Assembly: GCA_048886185.1 (NCBI GenBank)
Contig: JBHLKY010000006.1
Span: forward strand, 90,001 to 122,000
DNA from: Candidatus Hermodarchaeota archaeon
GTDB lineage: Archaea; Asgardarchaeota; Heimdallarchaeia; Hodarchaeales; Hodarchaeaceae
DNA length: 32,000 nt
Direction: 5' to 3'
In this document: positions 1 to 7,632 of the stretch, piece by piece
Layout: the number at the start of each line of letters is the position of its first letter
How positions within the stretch are numbered: position 1 is the first letter of the stretch
Translations under genes and position numbers: made by a program
Notes under the pieces: model-generated
The model's input: the letters and a program-made list of their open reading frames with translations, nothing else
Told to the model about the DNA's origin: nothing
Databases searched by the model: none

Positions 1-95
1 TGACTTTTCAACGTCTTTATGGGAAAAAAATTCAATATTACCATGCTTTATAATTCTTAAAGAAATTTCAGAATAGTGGTTCTTACAGGACTAAT

Positions 96-452
96 TTAGC
101 GTATATCAGGACCATCCCCTAGGTAGTATGCATCATCCTCAACAAATCCTATTCTTTCAAGTTCTTCTCTTATACTTTTTAGAATAAGAAGCTCTTCATT
201 TTCATCGTCTTCATAGGGCCAAATTGTGAAACCAACGATTATTTCACAGTTATACGTTTCATCATCAAAGCTATCTAGTTCGATAGAAAAGGCTCGGGCT
301 GTTCCAGCAAAGTCTTTCTCCAATGTCTCACTAACTTCGATCATGTTAGCATCAGCAATTTCAAAAGACATCTGTTCATCCCCCTCACGAAAAAGCCCAT
401 TGAATACGTAATAGCGTGTAATTGCTGCGGTCAAAGACTCATGATAGCTCAC
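96..452 (-). CDS. Hypothetical protein, strongly acidic (118 aa)
   Basis: GTG start, TTTATATA-like box about 40 nt upstream, 30 D/E vs 8 K/R; no family recognised. Confidence 0.7.
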   Translation of the reverse strand: MSYHESLTAAITRYYVFNGLFREGDEQMSFEIADANMIEVSETLEKDFAGTARAFSIELDSFDDETYNCEIIVGFTIWPYEDDENEELLILKSIREELERIGFVEDDAYYLGDGPDIR

Positions 453-690
453 AAGAATTCACACTCAAGGAATTCTTTTCCTTGTTTCTGTATATAAATT
501 TCTCTGCAATTTAATCTAAAATAATTTTGACTATGAATGGTAAATACAAAAGGGCATTATCCATTATAAACTTGTTCTTCTCTATCAGCATTAAAACTAG
601 GAAATAAGCCTATAGATTGGAAAAGCAACTCTTTCGTGACCAATGTACCATCTTGTTAAATAATATTAACATGCAATTGAAATCTTTGAT

Positions 691-1938
691 TCAGAAATAG
701 GCATCTAATGTCTTTCGGTTCAAGATTGGACTTTTCTGAAAGTAATAACGCATAGGAATTGTTAAATTGTTAGCAATGAATTTTAGTGCTTTTTGTAAGT
801 CACCAAAACGACGACATGGATTTTTAACCGCTTTACGCATATTTTCACGAACCTGCCATACACCCAATGGAATTGCATACCCTTTTCCTACTTCTCTAAA
901 TGCCACGACTGCAGCTTTCCGTTTTAGCTGATCAAGTTTTTCCAATACAGCAAGTCTTGCAGCATAATATCCTCCAACAGTATTGATTGCATAGGTTGTT
1001 CGTCCATTAGGCCCTTCTGTATCGGTGCCAATAAATGGAGCTGAACCAGTCAAATTCCAAGCACTCTTTCTTTTCCAAGTTTCGTGGTAATCAAAATGCC
1101 ATTCACGTCTAGGAACAAATAAAATCCAAAAATCGTTATCTAAATATGAATTGTGAAACACGAGATAATCCTGAATTTCAGGATTATCCCGAATTTTCCT
1201 TCTGAGATAGTTCCCAGCCATATCGTCAACTGCGGTTATACTCCACCTTGTAGGGACTAATTTACGACTTTTAATTTCCCCTAATAGGCCAGCTGATAGA
1301 ATTCTTGCTATTTGAGTTACTGTTGTATCCACTTTATATAGTTCTGTAACTGCAGGGACAGTTCTTAAATCAGAATCGTTTGTGATGCGTTCTACTTGAT
1401 GACTTACTTTGGGTGTAGAAGCTAGTTGCATTGAATCGACTTTAATGCGAGCCCCCATAGGCTGGGTATAACGATCAAAATTTAAACTTAATTTGGGTTT
1501 TTTGGAGAATTTTACTTCCAATTCAACAGGAGTAAAAGATTGTATTTGCTCTTGTGTGATCTCAAGAATTCTCGATGGGGAAGTTGCTTCCGTTATATGA
1601 ATTGGTTCAGCGATGAACCGAAATAACTGAGCCCGAATGTTAACAACGTCTTCTAATGACATATTCGTTTGCCATAGGTCAGGTTCATCTATTGTATCAA
1701 TACCTTCCCAACTCAACGCTGCCATGGGACCCAATCTAACATTTGGATATCCGAACCTCCCAACAAAAATACTTGGAGGGCTAGGTCCATAGTATTCGTT
1801 TTTTAGTTTAGGTAAAATCTTTCTAACTGGTACTAAAGCTTTTGTTTTCAGAATTATAGGACAATAGGAGAGCCCGCACAAGAATTTACCCCCTTTACAT
1901 CGGAGACACAGCTCTTGTTTTGCAGGGACTCTAACCAT
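691..1938 (-). CDS. nreA: Archaeal DNA repair protein Nre (NreA family)
   Basis: N-terminal C4 cluster CLRCKGGKFLCGLSYCP, motifs PPSIFVGRFGYP, RKLVPTRWSITAVDD, GGYYAARLAV, PLGVWQVRE and a C-terminal PIP-like KTLDAYF. Start moved from ORF-track 2067 to ATG 1938 to remove the overlap with the upstream gene. Confidence 0.93.
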   Translation of the reverse strand: MVRVPAKQELCLRCKGGKFLCGLSYCPIILKTKALVPVRKILPKLKNEYYGPSPPSIFVGRFGYPNVRLGPMAALSWEGIDTIDEPDLWQTNMSLEDVVNIRAQLFRFIAEPIHITEATSPSRILEITQEQIQSFTPVELEVKFSKKPKLSLNFDRYTQPMGARIKVDSMQLASTPKVSHQVERITNDSDLRTVPAVTELYKVDTTVTQIARILSAGLLGEIKSRKLVPTRWSITAVDDMAGNYLRRKIRDNPEIQDYLVFHNSYLDNDFWILFVPRREWHFDYHETWKRKSAWNLTGSAPFIGTDTEGPNGRTTYAINTVGGYYAARLAVLEKLDQLKRKAAVVAFREVGKGYAIPLGVWQVRENMRKAVKNPCRRFGDLQKALKFIANNLTIPMRYYFQKSPILNRKTLDAYF

Positions 1939-1996
1939 AATTTTCTCAACACATATCATTATGTTTAAAGTGGTATTTATGCTTTTGATACCCAGC

Positions 1997-3382
1997 TTAT
2001 AGAGTTGTTTGAATTGGTTTTGAAGAATGAATGATATTAACGTTTTTATAATTTCCCTTCCGTCCAATTACCAAGCTCCCATAAACTCCATCAAACCCAT
2101 AGGGTTCAAATGTAAAATTACCTGCTTTTACTTCCAATAATGCTTGAACAATGTTTTTTTCGATTTGATCACTAAGTTTAGCATCAACTTCTTCAGAAGT
2201 GAATTGCCATAGCATACGTTCTGAACCTAAAAGTCCTGTAATCTGACAATATATATTAGTCAGAGACTTGGATGTCTTAGTTTTTATTTCTAACACATGA
2301 CTTAAGATATCAATTAAGGGTACCATGCGAAAGAACTTTTTTGATGAGCATACTTCCTCAAGCTCTCTTACTACTCCTTGAGCTTTATTAATTTCAACAC
2401 ATCTTTGAAATACTCCAATTGTAAGAGATTTTTTGCATATTGGACAGATGTCATTCGTGGGTACATGTTGTGGAGAAAAAACACAATACTCATTATTAGC
2501 ATGTAACCCAGGGTGTTTCCTTCCAGCACGATGACCAGTTAAGAAATACCTTCCTTCCTCTGGTGGAAATTCAGCTGTATATAATATTTGATTTTTTCGT
2601 AACGCTGAAATAATACTCTTGTATTCAAATTTAGAGACAGAGAGAACAGTAAATTCACGTCCCATCCTGTGCAACGCACTTGAATGAGCGTCAGAACTTG
2701 AAATTAAAACCCTATCGTCCAATTCAGGTATTAATGCTAAAAATTCGGGGTCAGCAGATAGGCCTGTTTCAAAAACATGTAATCGTGGAGTTGCGGATCC
2801 AAAGAAGTCTGTTAGATGATTGATACGAATATTCCCTTTACCTGATCCAAAAACTCCTTGTGGTGTCATGACATGAGCAGGGATAGCTTCTATCCATGGA
2901 TCTAGATCTAAAATCTCATGAAGTCGTTGAGCAACCTGCGTAGAGGCTTGACATGTAATAAAGGGTCGGGCCATCTTTTGATGTTTGACCCCCCATTTAT
3001 CCAATAACTTTCTTAAAGCTTCCACAGAGGAAAAATCAGGAAAAAGAAAGATAACATGTGCTTCCTTTGAATATCTCCCAATTTTTGCAGTGAAAATCAT
3101 TTCTGTTTGCAGAATGAACCGAGTCTGATCTTTACTTTGGAGAAAAAATACTCCATTCATATCCTCGATTAAAATCTCTTTGAGAATATCAGTCCAGATT
3201 GTGAATTGGCAGTCTCCTGTTCCAATTAAATCAATACCTTTCAATGGCATTGTACGATTTGAATTTATTAAGTGAGAAATAGCTTTTTTTCGATTTTCAG
3301 CCCTCTTTTCAGGTTTAATTGCTAGACTTTGAGTTCCCCCAGCAAAAACGGAATGAGCGTGAAGATCAACCGCTACTTTCAA
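1997..3382 (-). CDS. Endonuclease Q family PHP-domain protein
   Basis: DLHAHS, GTGD, PAHVMTP, ETGLSADP, SSSDAHS, GREFT, PEEGRY, CPICKKSLTIGV and GFDGVYG match the EndoQ/PHP family layout; TTG start. Confidence 0.85.
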   Translation of the reverse strand: MKVAVDLHAHSVFAGGTQSLAIKPEKRAENRKKAISHLINSNRTMPLKGIDLIGTGDCQFTIWTDILKEILIEDMNGVFFLQSKDQTRFILQTEMIFTAKIGRYSKEAHVIFLFPDFSSVEALRKLLDKWGVKHQKMARPFITCQASTQVAQRLHEILDLDPWIEAIPAHVMTPQGVFGSGKGNIRINHLTDFFGSATPRLHVFETGLSADPEFLALIPELDDRVLISSSDAHSSALHRMGREFTVLSVSKFEYKSIISALRKNQILYTAEFPPEEGRYFLTGHRAGRKHPGLHANNEYCVFSPQHVPTNDICPICKKSLTIGVFQRCVEINKAQGVVRELEEVCSSKKFFRMVPLIDILSHVLEIKTKTSKSLTNIYCQITGLLGSERMLWQFTSEEVDAKLSDQIEKNIVQALLEVKAGNFTFEPYGFDGVYGSLVIGRKGNYKNVNIIHSSKPIQTTL

Positions 3383-3397
3383 TAACCGTTCTCCTAA

Positions 3398-4711
3398 TTA
3401 TATTTCAGATTTAGTAATGTTAGAGGAATTTTGTTTTAATTTATATTCCAGAACTTGTTCACTAACTAGTTTTAAGAGTCCAACGTCTTTAGTGGAATCA
3501 CCAACCATGAATAAAGAAGTTTGTAATGCACTATCGGTCGCCCACTTCAATGCAATAGCATTTGACCCATGTTGGGACAAAACTATCTGAACCAAATCTG
3601 TACGAAATAATCGTGAACAAAGATTGTTGATTGCAATGAAAATTTGGCATATATATGCATGCTTTCTAGCAACGCGATTATTACTTGTGCGGAGGGTTTC
3701 AAATGTATGCATACTACACCGCAAGAGAGATACTTCTGTAATAATTGGTTTAAAGCTTCTTAGTAGTTCAAAGCTCCCATTTAAAAAATGGTTTTCTGGA
3801 AAAAGGTCACAACTATCCCTAATAGATATTGAATAGCGTGATATATTCGTCTCCACGGTGAGACTACTCTCAATATTTAGATTCCATAATATTTCCCGAA
3901 AGCTTCTAAATAGACTTCCCAGACGTCCTTTACCTGAACTAAATGCAATTATAAAATTATTTCGAATATATAATAGATAAAACTGCTGATTACTATATGT
4001 TTTCCCATGAATCTCGATGGGTAACGCATCAAAGAAAGTTCCATATGTCTTGAGTTCGTCTTCATAATTTTGCATAAGTGAGGGAATAGTATTTACCAAT
4101 GAAACTATATCTGGAGATAAGACAGTATTATGAACAGCTCGGATTGTTCCATCAGAAACTAGAACCGTTTCTTTATCGGTACATATTTCACTAATTCGGT
4201 TTTGAAGTGTATCATCTATTTTTGTTAATAGAATTTTTTTGATGTTCCCAAATACTTTGTGCAGAGAATATATATCCTGATTATTGTTATTTTGAATCTT
4301 AATTTCATGAATAGCCTCTTTTAAAATGTTTGAAAAAGCCAGAGAATGTTGTAATAATTTATCTTGATGAGAACGCGGAATAAATAACATGAAGCTTTCA
4401 ATACGATTTCTTCCTCTAGCTTCAGGATCATCTACCATGAATGAATGTATCAATACCCGTCCTTGAATACCTGTGACATTAATAGGAATAATTGCTGTTT
4501 CAGGATCTCCTGTTGGTTCACCCACCCCAATTGCCATGGTAAATAGTGTAGTAGTAACGCCTTGAAGAATGATTCTGGGGATTTCTAATTCGTGAGTCAA
4601 ATAGGAATCTAGAACAGGGCCATGTTCTTCATCAAAGATAATATGAGCTAAAAAAAACTGAATTGGAATGTCTTCTGGCCTATCAAATGTTCCCATAATT
4701 TTTGGGCTCAC
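3398..4711 (-). CDS. Folliculin/SMCR8-type longin (uDENN-like) domain fused to two roadblock-like domains
   Basis: aa17-135: FDEEHGP and HSFMVDDPEARGRNRIESF resemble the FLCN/SMCR8 longin; aa165-280 and aa308-425 have roadblock-like helix/strand order ending in LGSLF and VGLLKL; GTG start. Confidence 0.6.
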   Translation of the reverse strand: MSPKIMGTFDRPEDIPIQFFLAHIIFDEEHGPVLDSYLTHELEIPRIILQGVTTTLFTMAIGVGEPTGDPETAIIPINVTGIQGRVLIHSFMVDDPEARGRNRIESFMLFIPRSHQDKLLQHSLAFSNILKEAIHEIKIQNNNNQDIYSLHKVFGNIKKILLTKIDDTLQNRISEICTDKETVLVSDGTIRAVHNTVLSPDIVSLVNTIPSLMQNYEDELKTYGTFFDALPIEIHGKTYSNQQFYLLYIRNNFIIAFSSGKGRLGSLFRSFREILWNLNIESSLTVETNISRYSISIRDSCDLFPENHFLNGSFELLRSFKPIITEVSLLRCSMHTFETLRTSNNRVARKHAYICQIFIAINNLCSRLFRTDLVQIVLSQHGSNAIALKWATDSALQTSLFMVGDSTKDVGLLKLVSEQVLEYKLKQNSSNITKSEI

Positions 4712-4860
4712 CTTTTGCTTGTTATGTCTTGATTGAAAAAATCTTTCAAGATTACGATGGAATGGAATGTTCTAATTAGTTTTCTCATTACTTCAATTAA
4801 GTTTTTTTGAATACTCTTAGGAAATTCAACAAATTTTCTTACATCATAGATATCTGCCAT
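4708..4860 (-). CDS. Putative 50-aa small protein, not in the ORF track (MADIYDVRKFVEFPKSIQKNLIEVMRKLIRTFHSIVILKDFFNQDITSKR)
   Basis: ATG at 4860; TGA stop overlaps the GTG start of the next gene (GTGA, 4-nt overlap). Confidence 0.4.
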   Translation of the reverse strand: MADIYDVRKFVEFPKSIQKNLIEVMRKLIRTFHSIVILKDFFNQDITSKR

Positions 4861-4962
4861 TCAAAGTGACAAAATAGTCTTAAGCAAGCTCATATAATAA
4901 AATACTATGGCTTTCTTCCTGTAACTCCTTAAATCAAGAGAAAGAAACAATTAGTTTTGAAA

Positions 4963-5274
4963 TTAGGATTTTGATTTCTTTTTCTTTATTAAATCGATGA
5001 TTTCAGCCCATTCTTCTTCCTGTTTTGATTTTTTCGAAGGATTCAGACGATCCTTTACCCCTAATATATCTAATGCCCATTGGCGTTCCTCTTCTCGCTT
5101 TTTCTCCCTTTTAATTTCACGATGTTCTGCTGCACTAATCCAAGTCCCTAAGGCAGCTTCCTGAATACCACAATTGATGCAAACATACAATTTTTCTTCG
5201 GGATTCCAAAATAAAGTCCCTTCCTTACAATTGGTGCAAGGAATCAAAGAATCACGTACAGGAGGTTTGGACAA
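4963..5274 (-). CDS. TFIIB-type zinc-ribbon protein with charged helical C-terminus
   Basis: CTNC...LFWNPEEKLYVCINCG followed by a K/E/R-rich helix; starts 6 nt after the upstream roadblock gene. Confidence 0.75.
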   Translation of the reverse strand: MSKPPVRDSLIPCTNCKEGTLFWNPEEKLYVCINCGIQEAALGTWISAAEHREIKREKKREEERQWALDILGVKDRLNPSKKSKQEEEWAEIIDLIKKKKSKS

Positions 5275-5280
5275 AGTTGA

Positions 5281-5757
5281 TCACTTCTTCTTTGATAAAA
5301 TAATATCTAGTTCTTGGGGAGTAATCTTTAGAGGTCGCCTCAATGGGGGCCATTGTTGGATTATCTGTGAAATAGAATCAACAGCTGGACCAATTATTAA
5401 TTTCAAGAGCTCAAGGTCGACATAAGGATCCATCAATACTCCTAAAAAAGCGATTCGATCAATTGCTTGTAAAAATAGTTTATAATTACTACTTTCAGCG
5501 GTGAAAGAAACCCAAGGGGAACTGCCAATTTCATGACCAATTGTATCCATATTTGATTGAATACCAGCTACTAGTGAGCAAAGAATAAGGCTGCTTTCCT
5601 TACCTAAGGTGCCTTCCAGATTTACCTCCTCGATTAAAAGCCCATCATTATCAACACAGAATCCGGAATAAATACCATCGAGAGAATTCACGATATCTGT
5701 TAAAACTTGTCGTAATCCGATTTCTGATCGTCTTGAAGTATTATTAGAAAAAGACAA
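5281..5757 (-). CDS. Roadblock/LC7 (MglB-like) domain protein
   Basis: LRQVLTDIVNSLDGIYSGFCVDNDGLLIE ... FLGVLMDPYVDLELL is a typical roadblock pattern; TTG start. Confidence 0.82.
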   Translation of the reverse strand: MSFSNNTSRRSEIGLRQVLTDIVNSLDGIYSGFCVDNDGLLIEEVNLEGTLGKESSLILCSLVAGIQSNMDTIGHEIGSSPWVSFTAESSNYKLFLQAIDRIAFLGVLMDPYVDLELLKLIIGPAVDSISQIIQQWPPLRRPLKITPQELDIILSKKK

Positions 5758-5927
5758 TTAAATTCAACCAGATCTTCCTGAAAGTTTGATAAGACAGATT
5801 ATTTAGTTTCGAGTAAATAATTAATGTCTCCTATTTGAATTTATCTTATAATAATAAGAAAACTGTAGTTCACGATAACATTTTTGGATAACTTACAGAG
5901 TAAGCCTTTCAATAATAAGGAACAGTC

Positions 5928-5935
5928 TTTATAAA
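5928..5935 (+). promoter_or_regulatory. TATA box of the SRP RNA gene
   Basis: TTTATAAA ends about 21 nt before the predicted RNA 5' end at 5956. Confidence 0.6.
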
Positions 5936-5955
5936 GGTACATTAGAGTAACTACA

Positions 5956-6262
5956 TGGAACAGTAGGCGGCTGAGGATAGCGGCTCAGCTAGATCGTAAC
6001 GCTATATGACGAGCTTAATCCCAGAACTGAGATGCCTATACCTAGTAAGGCTCCTTGTTTTGCACAATGAGAGGTCCTCCGACTAGGTGGCCTCTTGCTG
6101 AGATTCCTCTGGAGAGAGGAATGAGAAAGCAAGGTTAAAACGGGTCAGGCATGGGAATGAACAGCCCTAAGACCGAGAGGTTATGCTTTTCGGGCTCGGG
6201 CCTCGAGAGCGATCAAGTACAACCAAGCTAGTGTGGAAGCCCCGAAGTCCTGGTCTGTTCCA
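5956..6262 (+). ncRNA. ffs: Archaeal signal recognition particle RNA (7S/SRP RNA), about 307 nt
   Basis: GC-rich island. Terminal helix TGGAACAG/CTGTTCCA; Alu-like CGTAAC; helix 5 pairs GAGGTCC/GGGCCTC and GGCCTCT/AGAGGTT; helix 6 TTCCTCT-GGAG-AGAGGAA; helix 8 GGGTCAGG-CAT-GGGA-ATG-AACAGCCC. Confidence 0.93.
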
Positions 6263-6546
6263 CTATTTTTAATTATATTATTAACTATTATGAAGTCAAA
6301 ATCAATAACTAATAGCTTTTTATTCTTTATAATAATATTTATTGATGCTTAGAACAGAAAAAAGAAAATCCCCTCACCATCTAAAACTACTAAAGAATCT
6401 TTCATTGATACAAAAGTTTAAAAACTATGACCAACAAGACCAACACGAGCAACAACACCAACAACAAAATTAAAAAGTCGGTAATCTGACTTTAATTTTA
6501 CTCAAACTCCTCCATAATTATATAAAATTGGTGAAAAATAAAGTTG

Positions 6547-6822
6547 ATGCAAATCCTATTAGATGAAGAGGAAAATAGAAGGAAACTTCCAACTATAATT
6601 GGATCTTTACCTTTGCCACAAAGTGCAAAGAGAATCCTCGAGATTTTAACTCAAGAAGGGCCATTAACATCTGGAGATCTTGAAAAAAGATGTACCTATT
6701 CTGATCGAACTATCCGAAACTCCCTTAAAAAGCTAATTAGAATAGGTTTGGTCATAAAGGTCGCTAATTTTAGTGATATGCGAACTTCACTGTTTCATGT
6801 TCAAACAGTAGATGCAGCATAA
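6547..6822 (+). CDS. Winged helix-turn-helix DNA-binding protein (MarR/Lrs14-like)
   Basis: SAKRILEILTQEGPLTSGDL...YSDRTIRNSLKKLIRIGLV; TTATATAA about 20 nt upstream of ATG 6547. Confidence 0.8.
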   Translation: MQILLDEEENRRKLPTIIGSLPLPQSAKRILEILTQEGPLTSGDLEKRCTYSDRTIRNSLKKLIRIGLVIKVANFSDMRTSLFHVQTVDAA

Positions 6823-6848
6823 TTCGATTTACATAAAATAAACTAAAT

Positions 6849-7481
6849 TTACTTTTTTTCATGAACAATTAGCAGAAGTTGTTCCCCATAATGATCCCAA
6901 AGGGTCTGCCATATCCAACTTATGGGTAATCCTACTACATTAAAGTAATCTCCTTTAATGTTGTTAATTAAAAAAGCGCCTAGACCTTGTATGGCATATC
7001 CTCCAGCTCTATTTCGCCATTCGTCTCTCTCTAGATAATAGTAAATTTCTTGTTCAGAAAGTGATCTAAAGTTTACTTTTGTAGAAACAACAGTTTGGTA
7101 TTTAATTTTCTTGGGGTAGATTATAATGGTACAACCTGATAAAACTTCATGAAATTTTCCAGATAATTTACGTAGCATGATTTCAGCATCCCCACGATTC
7201 AGAGGTTTTCCTATGATCGTATGAGAAGGACCTACGACAATAGTATCACATGCTATAACAATACGATCTTTAAGTTTAAATTGAAGTTGAGAGGCTACAA
7301 AAAACGCCTTTTTGTAGGAAATATCCAACACATATTTTTGAGGAGGTGTGGATGATTTATTCTCATAATCATTTTCATCAATTTCACTTGGAATTACTAT
7401 AAAAGGTAAATTAATCTGCTCTAATAGTGTAGCACGTGCTGGGGATTGACTGGCTAGAATGATTTCTGGTATTGATGACAT
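6849..7481 (-). CDS. maf: Maf family nucleoside triphosphate pyrophosphatase
   Basis: IILASQSPAR, IACDTIV, IGKP, LSGKFHEVLSG, AGGYAIQG, NVVGLP. Confidence 0.93.
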   Translation of the reverse strand: MSSIPEIILASQSPARATLLEQINLPFIVIPSEIDENDYENKSSTPPQKYVLDISYKKAFFVASQLQFKLKDRIVIACDTIVVGPSHTIIGKPLNRGDAEIMLRKLSGKFHEVLSGCTIIIYPKKIKYQTVVSTKVNFRSLSEQEIYYYLERDEWRNRAGGYAIQGLGAFLINNIKGDYFNVVGLPISWIWQTLWDHYGEQLLLIVHEKK

Positions 7482-7632
7482 CTCAGGTTCAATTCAGATC
7501 AATAAAAAAAAAGACTTAAAGACATCCATTTTTTTATGTATTCTGTATTTCCACTCAGCTTATTATGATCATCCATTTTCTCTTGTTTATAGCTTTATTT
7601 CTCGCAAAAAAAGAAAGGATCAGGCAAATAAA

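Noticed and set aside
1939-2067. N-terminal extension of the Nre ORF overlapping EndoQ
   Set aside because: Family-like sequence begins at MVRVP (1938); the extension is open-frame carry-over
6069-6211. Apparent extra hairpins inside the SRP RNA
   Set aside because: The same segments pair with each other as the canonical long helix 5 (GAGGTCC/GGGCCTC, TCCGA/TCGGG, GGCCTCT/AGAGGTT), so no expansion is needed
7459-7632. 58-aa extension of the aminotransferase overlapping maf
   Set aside because: It crosses the divergent promoter region, has low-complexity composition, and a better ATG exists at 7633
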